Of a DNA stretch of 64,000 nucleotides, positions 41,155 to 51,171 are shown in pieces. Within the stretch, counting starts at the first letter, position 1. Every line of letters starts with the position of its first letter. This stretch comes from SAR202 cluster bacterium AC-409-J13_OGT_754m (GTDB lineage Bacteria > Chloroflexota > Dehalococcoidia > Lucifugimonadales > GCA-2712585): assembly GCA_009391235.1 (NCBI GenBank), contig VEXD01000003.1:17631-81630 (forward strand). The letters are read 5' to 3'. A program made the position numbers and the translations under genes. The notes under the pieces are model-generated. The model saw nothing but the letters and a program-made list of their open reading frames with translations. It did not search any database and was not told the DNA's origin.

Positions 41155-42087
41155 TCACATAGGTCCAATGTTATTTGATGCATTGCCCATTTTTTTTACT
41201 CCAATTAAATCACCAGTAACGACAAGTCTATGATCATAAAATAATACAGGCACACAAGTAACTAATATAATGGATGGACCACCTGTCTCATACAATTCAA
41301 GTTCGTCACCATGTACAATATCCGTTGAAGTTAAATGGTATAAAAATGCTAGTTCACCATTGTCAACTTCGGCGTAAATTGGAATACCTTGCCTCATCAA
41401 GTCAGGAATTTTTGGCAGTTCAGAAAACACCGACCCTTCACCCCTAATAGGACTTTGCAGATGCCCAAAAAACCACGCGGTTCCTCTTTCTCCAGCATTC
41501 GAGCTTTCGGGTATATGTCCTACCACATTGTTGGGCGTTTCATACGCAAAACTGTTTTCAAGATTAAGTATACGCAATGATTCTACCTTTGCATTTAAGC
41601 CAATAGAATCTATTTGAATTGTTTTTGGAGCCGCTAGTGTATGTCTTTCTGGAATATTGGATGGTGACATACTGTTGTATTCGTCTGTAATTGTTACCGG
41701 AATATTTAGAATAGCTTCTCTTCCAGCAGGATCACTCCAGACAGTTGGTGGCATATTTTCACCTGGATACATAACAGCTACCCGTATCATGCTTCGCAAA
41801 GGATTTTGATTCTCCAAATGCCCAAAGCCCGTACCGTCCACACTCCTGTCATCTCTATCAGAAGTAAGCAGAAAACCCTCTGCTGTGGTTTCATTTACAG
41901 ATGCAGTAGACACAAGTTCATCTAATTGGCTCCTTCCCCACCAGCCATAAAACAATATGCTGATGGATAAGGCTATCATCAGCGTTCCTGCAATTAACAT
42001 TACCCAGGCCATACGGGATTGATGGTTCATAACCCTCGATAGCAATCCATGGGCCATTTTATTGACACTAGGTGGTTTTATTCCCAT
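41155..42087 (-). CDS. Sortase family protein
   Basis: N-terminal TM anchor; His (FFGHL), Cys (ILVTC) and Arg (DHRLVV) triad. Confidence 0.8.
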   Translation of the reverse strand: MGIKPPSVNKMAHGLLSRVMNHQSRMAWVMLIAGTLMIALSISILFYGWWGRSQLDELVSTASVNETTAEGFLLTSDRDDRSVDGTGFGHLENQNPLRSMIRVAVMYPGENMPPTVWSDPAGREAILNIPVTITDEYNSMSPSNIPERHTLAAPKTIQIDSIGLNAKVESLRILNLENSFAYETPNNVVGHIPESSNAGERGTAWFFGHLQSPIRGEGSVFSELPKIPDLMRQGIPIYAEVDNGELAFLYHLTSTDIVHGDELELYETGGPSIILVTCVPVLFYDHRLVVTGDLIGVKKMGNASNNIGPM

Positions 42088-42218
42088 AACGTATCACCGA
42101 ATAGAAACGATTGGCCCAAAATAACACTGTGCATGCATTTCCGTAAACATCTCATAAAAAGACCGGCTGAACTTGTTCAATCAAGCAGCCCATTATGAAT
42201 CGTTATTACACATGCCAA

Positions 42219-42446
42219 TCAGCGCTGTTTAGGAACGTGACCCACTCCACTCGCTACTGGCTCATTAAAATATATATCGCCATTACGAATCTTTAAGTTA
42301 AAACCACAATCCGGATTCGTACATACCCACGCCTTGTAGTGAACTGCTGCTCCTTGGCTACCATAATCAGATAGTGGAACAAGTTGGCCAACGTGGCACT
42401 TCAAGCACTGAGGTAGAGACATATCTTGCACAATTCCGCCTCCCAA
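42219..42446 (-). CDS. Small putative Zn-ribbon protein
   Basis: CLKC...CTNPDC pairs in 75 aa; start uncertain. Confidence 0.6.
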   Translation of the reverse strand: MGGGIVQDMSLPQCLKCHVGQLVPLSDYGSQGAAVHYKAWVCTNPDCGFNLKIRNGDIYFNEPVASGVGHVPKQR

Positions 42447-42694
42447 TCCAATTCAGCGGAAGTATAGCATCCACAATTTCTTTATTTCAAGATAATACCC
42501 GGTGCTCTTTCAAGAGGAATCCATATTGCTAATTTAACAAGTTATCTCTTTAAACCTGTCGCAACAGCTCGCGAACAGATAACATAGGTACATATTACTC
42601 CCGCCCAGCAAAAAAGCTTGATTTGCCTCTGCCTCTAATATAAGCTATCTGGCTGTCGGAAAGAAATCGACTACCCTGGAGGCAGAACTCCATT

Positions 42695-43579
42695 TTGAAC
42701 ACTATAAAAACCGCTTTCCTCATGATGGTAATGAGCAGCTTGGTACTCCTAGTCGGTTCATTAATGGGAGGATACTCCGGGGTAATGGGGGCTCTTGTTT
42801 TTGCACTGTTCCTGAACTTATTCGCATTTTGGAAGAGTGATAAGTTAGCACTGCGCATGGCAGGAGCAAAACTAGCTGCCGAAAGTGAGCTTCCACAACT
42901 GCATGCAATAGTGTCCGAGCAATGTTCTCTGGCTGAAATAGAAAAGCCGAAGGTTTACATAATTGCCAATGAGTCTCCTAATGCATTTGCAACAGGCCGA
43001 AGTCCCAGTCACGCCTCAATAGCGGTGACACAAGGTATAATCAAACTATTGACTCGTGAAGAGTTGGGAGCGGTAATAGCGCATGAATTAGCGCATGTAG
43101 GCAATAGAGACATTTTGATTATGAGCATAGTATCCACGTTAGCTTCAGCCGTAGCTATGGTAGCCTGGATGGCCAAATGGTCTCTGTTTTTTGGCGGTTT
43201 TGGTGGTAGGAGTAGAGGTGGAGGTAATGCTATGTTTGGAGTAGGGGGATTGTTAATCTTGGCTATCGTCATACCATTGTTAACTACACTTGTCAGATTA
43301 TCAATATCCCGCACTAGAGAATTCCAAGCAGACGCGACTGGAGCTAAAACATCCGGCAACCCAGAAGCTCTTGCTAATGCTTTGGAGAAACTTCAGATCG
43401 GAGCCCAGGCTCATCCCATGGAAAGCAACGAAGCACTGGCCCATCTCTATATAGTCGAGCCAATACATGGGCAAACTATGAGCTTTATGAATGGCAAAAG
43501 TATGATGCGATTAATGTCCACGCACCCCCCAACCCAGGAACGAGTAAAACGCTTACGGAGGAATCAATCGGTTTGGTAA
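42695..43579 (+). CDS. htpX: Zinc metalloprotease HtpX (M48)
   Basis: PNAFATGR, AHELAH, SRTREF.AD, STHPP..ER; TM segments. Confidence 0.92.
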   Translation: MNTIKTAFLMMVMSSLVLLVGSLMGGYSGVMGALVFALFLNLFAFWKSDKLALRMAGAKLAAESELPQLHAIVSEQCSLAEIEKPKVYIIANESPNAFATGRSPSHASIAVTQGIIKLLTREELGAVIAHELAHVGNRDILIMSIVSTLASAVAMVAWMAKWSLFFGGFGGRSRGGGNAMFGVGGLLILAIVIPLLTTLVRLSISRTREFQADATGAKTSGNPEALANALEKLQIGAQAHPMESNEALAHLYIVEPIHGQTMSFMNGKSMMRLMSTHPPTQERVKRLRRNQSVW

Positions 43580-44517
43580 CATCTAGAAAAACGGTTTTGA
43601 TTACCGGCGGAGCAGGATTCATAGGTTCGCATTTGGCAGAAAGATGCTTAGCCGAGGGTCATCGGGTTATAGCAATAGACAACTTAAGCACGGGTAGATT
43701 GGGGAATATCGAAAAGGGAATAACATTCTTGCACGCAGATATCTGCGACCCTTCCATTACGACCATATTCCAGAAAGAAAAACCAGATATCGTATTTCAT
43801 CTAGCAGCGCAAATAAGCCTTCAAAATTCACTAAGGAACCCTATCCAAGACGCCCAAACCAACACCCTAGGAACGATCAACCTTTTGCATGCCTCTAAAA
43901 CGGTTGGTATTCAAAAATTTATCTATTCTTCGACAGGAGGGGCACTATATGGTGAACCAGAATATTTTCCATGTGACGAGAACCATCCTATAACCCCTCT
44001 GTCTCCCTATGGCCAATCTAAATACTTCGGAGAACAATACATCCAATTATACAGTAGGCTTTTTCGGTTAAATTACGTGTCGTTAAGATATTCAAACATA
44101 TACGGACCTAGACAAGACCCCAAAGGAGAAGCAGGCGTAGTAGCTATTTTCACCAACAACATGCTAGACAAGAAAACTCCAACTATCTTCGGAGACGGTT
44201 CGCAAACTCGCGATTTCCTATATGTCTCAGATGTAGTTAATGCCAATATCCTAGCATTATCTGAAAAGGCAAATGGAGCCTACAACATAGGTTCAGGCAT
44301 TGAAACTTCAGTCATATCCCTGTACCGTGAATTATCTGCGCTCTTACACTTCAAAAAGGAGCCTGACTATCGCCCCGCGAGAACATCTGAGGTGTCAAGA
44401 ATAGCATTAGATTCAACCAAGGCTCTAACTGAAATGGGTTGGAAGCCCGAAGTAGAATTACAGAAAGGCCTAGCTATAACTGCCGAATACATAGCAGCCA
44501 ATCGCAATCCTAATTAA
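43573..44517 (+). CDS. NAD-dependent epimerase (UDP-glucose 4-epimerase-like)
   Basis: TGGAGFIGSH, HLAAQ, YGQSK, GDGSQTRDF. Confidence 0.9.
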   Translation: MVTSRKTVLITGGAGFIGSHLAERCLAEGHRVIAIDNLSTGRLGNIEKGITFLHADICDPSITTIFQKEKPDIVFHLAAQISLQNSLRNPIQDAQTNTLGTINLLHASKTVGIQKFIYSSTGGALYGEPEYFPCDENHPITPLSPYGQSKYFGEQYIQLYSRLFRLNYVSLRYSNIYGPRQDPKGEAGVVAIFTNNMLDKKTPTIFGDGSQTRDFLYVSDVVNANILALSEKANGAYNIGSGIETSVISLYRELSALLHFKKEPDYRPARTSEVSRIALDSTKALTEMGWKPEVELQKGLAITAEYIAANRNPN

Positions 44518-44536
44518 TTAAAGCAAAGAGAACAAG

Positions 44537-45463
44537 ATGGAACAATATGATGTGATAATACTTGGTGGTGGTGCAGCCGGATTAAGTGCTGGGTTATACA
44601 CTACTCGAGCGATGTTAAGCACTTTGGTTTTGGAAAGTGTTGGGTATGGAGGCCAAGTATTGGTGACAGACATTATTGAAAATTATCCCGGCTTTCCTGA
44701 AGGCGTGAAAGGTCCTGCCCTTTCCATTTTAATGGAAGAACAGACTCGGAAATTCGGCGCAGTCATGAAGTTCGAAGAAGTTATAAGCATTGAACAAATT
44801 GGTGAGCCTATCAAGTTGGTCAACACATCTGAAGCGATCTACCAAGCAAGAACTATTATAATAGCTACCGGCGGCTCTCATAGAAAACTACAGGTCCCAG
44901 GAGAAGAAGAATTTGCCGGCAAAGGAGTTTCCTACTGTGCCGTTTGTGATGGCAACTTTTTTAGGAATCAGAAAGTGATTGTAATTGGAGGAGGAGATGC
45001 CGCTCTAGACGAAGGCACCTATTTGACCGGGCTTGTTGAACAAGTAACGATCATTCATAGGCGCGATGAGTTGAGAGCAAGCAAAATTTTACAACAAAGA
45101 GCTTTTGCCAACCCCAAGATAGACTTCATGTGGAGCCATGTTGTAGAGGAATTTGAAGGCAATGGTATTTTGGAGAGCGTAAAATTACGTAACTTAAAAA
45201 CCTCCGAGTTATTTTCCATACCAACCGCTGGAGCATTCATATACATAGGTTTTGACTCTAACAGTGCCTTCTTAAATGGCCAAGTTCCTGTAGATGAATT
45301 CGGGCACATATATGCAAACGGTCAAATGGAAACGTCACTGCCAGGTATTTATGCATGCGGAGATATTAGAGTGGCATCTGACAAGCAACTCGGAGGGGCA
45401 GTTGGGGATGGCATAACGGCAGCATTAGCATCATATAGATACCTAACTGAATTAGACACTTAA
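44537..45463 (+). CDS. trxB: Thioredoxin-disulfide reductase
   Basis: GGGAAG, ENYPGF, GVSYCAVCDG, GGGD.A, HRRD. Confidence 0.93.
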   Translation: MEQYDVIILGGGAAGLSAGLYTTRAMLSTLVLESVGYGGQVLVTDIIENYPGFPEGVKGPALSILMEEQTRKFGAVMKFEEVISIEQIGEPIKLVNTSEAIYQARTIIIATGGSHRKLQVPGEEEFAGKGVSYCAVCDGNFFRNQKVIVIGGGDAALDEGTYLTGLVEQVTIIHRRDELRASKILQQRAFANPKIDFMWSHVVEEFEGNGILESVKLRNLKTSELFSIPTAGAFIYIGFDSNSAFLNGQVPVDEFGHIYANGQMETSLPGIYACGDIRVASDKQLGGAVGDGITAALASYRYLTELDT

Positions 45464-45574
45464 CTAAATGTTAAGGGTCAGCCATCATCCAATGTTACAT
45501 TTAGACCCTTGTCGCTAAATATTCCATCAGTTCATTCATTTCCAAATTTGCTACTGAGGTTAGAACTTCCAACC

Positions 45575-45952
45575 TCAGCCGCCGCAACCACATCCACCAC
45601 CGCCACCACCACAACCACATCCTCCACCACCGCAGCCACATCCTCCGCTCCCACAACCGGACGCGGCTGGATACTCAGGATTTGTGATTGTAAAACCAAC
45701 TTTTTCTAAATCTTCAACAAAATCTATGGTTGCTTTTTCTAAAAACGGGGCACTATCCGAATCAACAATAAATTGAACCCCATCTTCATCAATAGTTATA
45801 TCATCAGATTGGGTTTCCTGCTCCATCGTTAGCATATATTGAACCGAACCATTTGGTTGCGGCAAGGCTATGACACGAAGAGGGCTATTCTTCTTACCTT
45901 CATCTTCCAAAACCTCTTTGATCTTTTCTAGAGCAGACTCACTTACTTGCAT
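45575..45952 (-). CDS. HesB/IscA-like protein with Gly/Cys-rich tail
   Basis: A.EKIK, LRV, DGV..IVD..S..FL..ATIDF, GF.I.NP...CGCG. Confidence 0.8.
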   Translation of the reverse strand: MQVSESALEKIKEVLEDEGKKNSPLRVIALPQPNGSVQYMLTMEQETQSDDITIDEDGVQFIVDSDSAPFLEKATIDFVEDLEKVGFTITNPEYPAASGCGSGGCGCGGGGCGCGGGGGGCGCGG

Positions 45953-46258
45953 TATACCTGCCTCGCTATTTATCTAAATTTTGTTAATCTCACAGCCAAA
46001 GCTAACAGGTTCAAGATTGCATTGTCAACAAGTATGGGAACTGATAGTTATGGCTGTTTTGTAAAGATAATCGCTGATTTATATACCATGCTGGAATTGC
46101 TAATATTGCCAACATTGAGCCCGATAGCTAAAATCACAGAGAACCGCTAATTTAACTAGGGGTGTTACATCAGTGGAGAGAGTATTCCAAACCTATTCAA
46201 GCACACCAATCTGAATTAGAATCATGAATATTACAACATAAATAATCGGAGGACAGAA

Positions 46259-46630
46259 ATGCCTATAGAGAGGATAAATCCTGAAGGAATGCTTCATTTT
46301 GCCAGCTATCATCATGTAGTGAAGGCTGGAAATATAGTCTACATCGCAGGACAAGTTGGAAAGAATGAAGATGGGACACTGGCGGGGGATGATATAACAT
46401 CTCAAACAGAGAAGATCTTCGAAAATCTTCATCGATGCTTATCATCTGTAGGAGGCAACTTCAATAGCCTCACCTCAATTAATGTGTATTTAAGAGATAA
46501 GGCAGATAGAGATGGTTTTTTTGCTGTCAAGGATAAATACCTCCAGGAAAATCTCCCTACACAGACGATGCTAGTTGTTACTAGCATGGGCGAGAGGGTA
46601 GAAATTGAAGCGACCGCCTATGTAGACTAG
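46259..46630 (+). CDS. RidA/Rid family protein
   Basis: Y.HVVKAGN.VYIAGQV, QT..IFEN, VEIEATA. Confidence 0.88.
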   Translation: MPIERINPEGMLHFASYHHVVKAGNIVYIAGQVGKNEDGTLAGDDITSQTEKIFENLHRCLSSVGGNFNSLTSINVYLRDKADRDGFFAVKDKYLQENLPTQTMLVVTSMGERVEIEATAYVD

Positions 46631-46821
46631 GCCTAAAAATTAGAGATGCTTTGACCTCTAACAGTTTATCGTTACCTATGGTAGGATTATTTGAGAAAGA
46701 ATATTCCAGTATAAGGCTTTCCTTTCTGGGCCGGCATAGATATGGTGAACTATAACGTGGCACAGCGACCCGCTTCGCAAGCCATGCAATGCAACACCTT
46801 GACTTGTTTACGAGGATAATA

Positions 46822-47568
46822 ATGGATCTAGTATTTGACATAGGAAACAATCACCGTCCAAAAGGACATGCTTTGATTTACTTCAGGGATGCAACTAACG
46901 ATGACAAAATCTATGCAACATATGTAGTAGTATTTCCATTACCACTAAATTTTGCTAAATACGTTCCTCCATTCCTGGCTTCTTCATTAGCCGGGGCATC
47001 AGCGACAGAAATATCCTGTTTTTCTATGCCACCGGTTCCCGAAGAGGTAGACAATTATGAACAGCTAGTTGACCTAGCTCAAATAAGAAGTGATGACTTA
47101 ATTAATGGAGGAAAACACCGACCTTCTGATGCAGGCCAAGCAATGCAAACCGTAGGGGAACTCTCCCAAGCCTATACAGACCTTTGGACAGAACATAGCG
47201 GGTCACTAACCACACACGATATCTCGGAACCAGAGGGCTTAGCTGTAAATGAAGTCATGTACAGCTTCTATAACGAAAGTGATAGATTAAGTGAATTATC
47301 TAAATTGATAGTTCGTCTACGCTTTAACATAGAAAACGAGGACATACAGGGCCAAGAGGAAACTGAAATAGAGATTAACACTTTAGGACGTTATCTTCCT
47401 GAAGAATGTGAAGTTGATAAATTGCTCCAGGTAGCTCATGACTCAACTAGCAAGGGAACTCGCTTATTAAAATTATATCTTGATCGCTGTTTTGGAATTT
47501 TCGAGAAAGACTCTTTGAAGATTGCTCAATTGGACAGGGAAATCAATGATACGGAGACAGAAGAGTGA
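46822..47568 (+). CDS. Hypothetical protein
   Basis: About 248-aa ORF with GAGG RBS and protein-like composition; no recognised motif. Confidence 0.7.
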   Translation: MDLVFDIGNNHRPKGHALIYFRDATNDDKIYATYVVVFPLPLNFAKYVPPFLASSLAGASATEISCFSMPPVPEEVDNYEQLVDLAQIRSDDLINGGKHRPSDAGQAMQTVGELSQAYTDLWTEHSGSLTTHDISEPEGLAVNEVMYSFYNESDRLSELSKLIVRLRFNIENEDIQGQEETEIEINTLGRYLPEECEVDKLLQVAHDSTSKGTRLLKLYLDRCFGIFEKDSLKIAQLDREINDTETEE

Positions 47569-47614
47569 TTCAGTTCATCTTCTGTTAATCCCCAATCATT
47601 GACATCCTGAGACT

Positions 47615-48805
47615 ATGTTTCTCTCACAGCTCAAATTAACGAATTTTAGAATGTTCGAGGATCTCCAGTTTGATTTACCTACTGGGCCAATCATCATTTT
47701 GGGGAATAACGGGCAGGGCAAAACCAGTATCCTAGAATCTATTTATCTCTTAGCTATATCCAGAGCTTTTCGTGCGGAGAATGAAAGAGAAGTAGTAAAT
47801 TGGAAAACCATAGACTCACCCAACCCTACCATTGTTGATGCAGTTGTTCACGGGCTTGAAGGGCGGACTAGAGTAATAATCGGATATCATATTCTTAAAA
47901 AGGAGGAGGTAAAGCAAAACTTTACCCCAACTACTGACCATTTTAGTGTAAAAAAGGAAATCAGAGTCGGTGGGGTCAAACGTAATGCCAGCAGTCTCAT
48001 CGGATTTGTAACAGCGGTCTTGTTTTCAGCTCAAGACATAAATCTAGTCCTTGGGCCTCCATCCACACGTAGGAAATTTCTAGATATTCTCATTTCCCAA
48101 TCAAACCGCAAATATTTCCGAACATTGCAAAAATATCAAAGAGGCCTCAAACAACGTAATTCCATTTTACGAGCAATAAAAAATGGAACAAGCCAATATG
48201 GTGAACTAGAGTTCTGGGATGATCTATTGATTACGGAAGGGCTTACTCTGATGTTTCAAAGAATGGAAGTGTTATCAAGAATAGGAGTAGACGCATCCAA
48301 TTTTCTTTGGGAATTAACAAACAACAATGAAAACCTCTCAGTAGTCTATCACCCCACAATCAAGCTAGGAGATACCATAAACGATACCCGAGAAGTTTTC
48401 AGGAATATTCTTTTGCAATCACGACAACGGGACATACAGGTAGGAACTACCCAATTTGGCCCACACAAGGATGACTTTGAATTATCGGTGAATAATTCTG
48501 ACATGCGCCTATTTTCTTCAAGGGGACAAGCTCGTACTATTGCGTTAGCACTAAGACTTGCAGAAGCTTCACACATATCAAGCCCTCAGTCAGAGCCTTT
48601 GATATTGTTGGATGATATTCTTTCAGAGTTAGATAAACAAAGACGACAGAAAATCCTAACAACTATAGCTCAATACAAACAACTCATAATAACCACAACG
48701 AATCTGACAGACTTTGAGGATTCGTTTCTCAAACGGTCCAATATATTTGGCGTACATCAGGGTAAAATTACGCCGTACCAGCATGATGTGGAGGGTTTTC
48801 ACTAG
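47615..48805 (+). CDS. recF: DNA replication/repair protein RecF
   Basis: NFR, G.NGQGKTS, GP..RRKFLD, GPHKDD, S.GQ.R, LLDD.LSELD. Confidence 0.93.
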   Translation: MFLSQLKLTNFRMFEDLQFDLPTGPIIILGNNGQGKTSILESIYLLAISRAFRAENEREVVNWKTIDSPNPTIVDAVVHGLEGRTRVIIGYHILKKEEVKQNFTPTTDHFSVKKEIRVGGVKRNASSLIGFVTAVLFSAQDINLVLGPPSTRRKFLDILISQSNRKYFRTLQKYQRGLKQRNSILRAIKNGTSQYGELEFWDDLLITEGLTLMFQRMEVLSRIGVDASNFLWELTNNNENLSVVYHPTIKLGDTINDTREVFRNILLQSRQRDIQVGTTQFGPHKDDFELSVNNSDMRLFSSRGQARTIALALRLAEASHISSPQSEPLILLDDILSELDKQRRQKILTTIAQYKQLIITTTNLTDFEDSFLKRSNIFGVHQGKITPYQHDVEGFH

Positions 48806-48808
48806 ACA

Positions 48809-49945
48809 TTGATTAACAATATAGACCAATTAAGAATACGAAGGTCAGGAACCGGGGTCCGAGCCTACGACCCGAAAGAAGCATTTAACGGCTATACATT
48901 ATTCACTCCGATGAATGGTAAGGGTATCGTCTATTTAATAGATATGAATGGCAATATAGTCCATAGATGGAAACTTAAACATCCTCCTGGGTTATATGGC
49001 CGCCTTCTGCAAAATGGAAACCTTTTGTACTGTGGAAAATTGCCCGACCTCCAACCTAGATTTAAAGACTGGACAAGATGGAAAGCAGGTTCTGTATCCG
49101 AGGTTACGTGGGATTCGAAAGTGCTCTGGGAAATACAACACGAAGACCATCATCACGACGCTTGCAAACTCCAAAATGGCAATATTATGCTCTTATGTTT
49201 AACAGAAATACCTGATGCAATCGCACAAAAGGTACAGGGAGGAATTCCCGACCCGAGTGGTGATCGGGCTATGTATGCTGATTATTTAATAGAAGTAACA
49301 CAAACGGGTGAGGAAGTATGGAAATGGAAAAGCTGGGAACACCTTGAACCTTATTCCGATCGTATCACTTTGCAGGATTATAGAACTGAATGGACCCACG
49401 GCAATACAGTAGTAGAAATGCCTAATAAAAACATAATGGTGAGTTTCCGCAACATATCTACCGTCTTAATCATTGATAAAAATACAGGGAAAATTGTTTG
49501 GAAGCTAGGAGCTCCCCCGTTAGCGCAGCAACATGACCCAAAGCCCCTGGACAACGGCAATATCCTGATTTTTGACAATGGAACTCACCGAATGGACCAC
49601 CCTGTCCCCTTTTCTCGAGTAATAGAGGTGGAACCGCAAACTAAAAATATAGTATGGAGTTACCAAGAAGTAATACCCTATAGCTTCTTTAGTCCATATA
49701 TCTCTGGGGCACAGAGACTACCTAATGGAAACACACTCATCTGTGAAGGGAATTATGGTAGGCTATTTGAAATAACTGCTGCTGGCACCTTGGTCTGGGA
49801 ATACGTTAATCCTTTTTTCGAAACACCGGCGGACTCTCCAGATTCAGCCGCAAGCAATTCAGTATTTAGAGCCTTTAGGTATTCCTCGGAAGAACTACCT
49901 AACTTAAATCCATACGGAGGACAGCAGAGACTTAATCCTTCTTAA
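48809..49945 (+). CDS. Aryl-sulfate sulfotransferase-like beta-propeller protein
   Basis: HHD, WTHGN, QQHD, FDNG, SGAQRLPNGNTLI.EG repeats; no signal peptide evident. Confidence 0.8.
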   Translation: MINNIDQLRIRRSGTGVRAYDPKEAFNGYTLFTPMNGKGIVYLIDMNGNIVHRWKLKHPPGLYGRLLQNGNLLYCGKLPDLQPRFKDWTRWKAGSVSEVTWDSKVLWEIQHEDHHHDACKLQNGNIMLLCLTEIPDAIAQKVQGGIPDPSGDRAMYADYLIEVTQTGEEVWKWKSWEHLEPYSDRITLQDYRTEWTHGNTVVEMPNKNIMVSFRNISTVLIIDKNTGKIVWKLGAPPLAQQHDPKPLDNGNILIFDNGTHRMDHPVPFSRVIEVEPQTKNIVWSYQEVIPYSFFSPYISGAQRLPNGNTLICEGNYGRLFEITAAGTLVWEYVNPFFETPADSPDSAASNSVFRAFRYSSEELPNLNPYGGQQRLNPS

Positions 49946-49994
49946 TTCATCTAATTAAATAAGTAACCCCCAAATACTCTGAATATAAGGCATT

Positions 49995-50402
49995 ATGAAC
50001 ATTTTAGTTGAAGAAATTTTGCGGTCCAACAGCGTAATTGCAATAGTTGGAATATCACCTGATGAAAACCGAGAGAGCCACATTGTAGGTAAATACTTAC
50101 AGACTTGGGGGTATAAGATCGTACCAATAAATCCTAAATCTGAAGTGGTATTAGGAGAACATTGTTATCCTACACTCGAAAGTTGTCCAATACAAATTGA
50201 TATAGTAAATATTTTTCGACGGAATGAGTTCGTCCCGCCAATTGTAGACTCAGCTATAAAAATTAAAGCCAACGTAATCTGGATGCAATTAGGTGTATTT
50301 GATGAAACTTCCTCTAAAAAGGCTATCGAAAACGGTTTAGCCGTAGTAATGGATAAATGCATCGCTAGAGAGCATTCCCGCTTAATGGGACTTCAACATT
50401 GA
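49995..50402 (+). CDS. CoA-binding protein (YccU-like)
   Basis: IAIVGIS, PINP, DIVNIFR, IWMQLG, VMDKC. Confidence 0.88.
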   Translation: MNILVEEILRSNSVIAIVGISPDENRESHIVGKYLQTWGYKIVPINPKSEVVLGEHCYPTLESCPIQIDIVNIFRRNEFVPPIVDSAIKIKANVIWMQLGVFDETSSKKAIENGLAVVMDKCIAREHSRLMGLQH

Positions 50403-51034
50403 AATATATGTCAAAAGTGTTAAGAAAAGTAACCAGCATATCTAAGTTGTATTGCATTGCCTTATTGGCAGCTACTACTATTCTGTTGGCCTGCGGAAGT
50501 GTCAATTCAAACGGTTACACCAATTCCTCACCCACAACCTTTCCAACAAAAAAGATAACACCGACTCCAGAACCAATTAACTTAGCTATTGGACACACTG
50601 TCGGGAAGAAAGCCCAAGATTTCCAAATAACGGACACAAGAATGGTTACCCATTCTATATCAGATTATATTAATGAGTCAGTTATTCTATATTTTTATGC
50701 CAGTTGGTGAGCAGTTTGCCGCGCCGAGTTACGGCGTGTTGATGCTCTCATACAACCCTACAACGAAAGTTTAGAATTTTTGGCCATAGATATAACTACA
50801 GGTACAAACATGGAAGCTATTGCTTCATTTAAACAAACAAATGCCTATACATTCACCTTCGGAACCACACACCCATCGACTCTTCAACGTTACGAAATCG
50901 CTAGCCAAGCAACTAAGATTGGGATTGACAAAAAAGGTCTTATTGTCTTCAGGGAAGGTTATGGCTTATTAAGTGAAACTGAATGGCTTAATCTTTTTGA
51001 CATGTTAACTGCACCCGAACCCCCACTAGACTGA
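50399..51034 (+). CDS. Thioredoxin-fold (TlpA/redoxin-like) lipoprotein, probable selenoprotein with Sec at TGA 50708-50710
   Basis: ORFs 50399-50710 and 50780-51034 are in one frame: FYASW-(TGA)-AVCRAEL; lipobox LLAC; downstream hairpin. Confidence 0.85.
50711..50745 (+). promoter_or_regulatory. Candidate bacterial SECIS element
   Basis: Stem CGCGCCG/CGGCGTG (50720-50738), apical loop AGTTA beginning 16 nt after the UGA, lower GCA/TGC pairing. Confidence 0.7.
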
Positions 51035-51171
51035 TTATATCTTTCCTCCATAAAATTGGATCCAACTCTAGGTGATATAATACTACCCATGTATTTTGCG
51101 CCATTGCCGATTTTGGGAATATACTATAACCGGCAGCTTAAATTACATTAATCGATGTTCGGAATTATCAA

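Noticed and set aside
50399..51034. Pseudogene interpretation of the split redoxin
   Set aside because: The only lesion is a TGA exactly at the catalytic Cys position followed by a SECIS-like hairpin; both halves are otherwise intact
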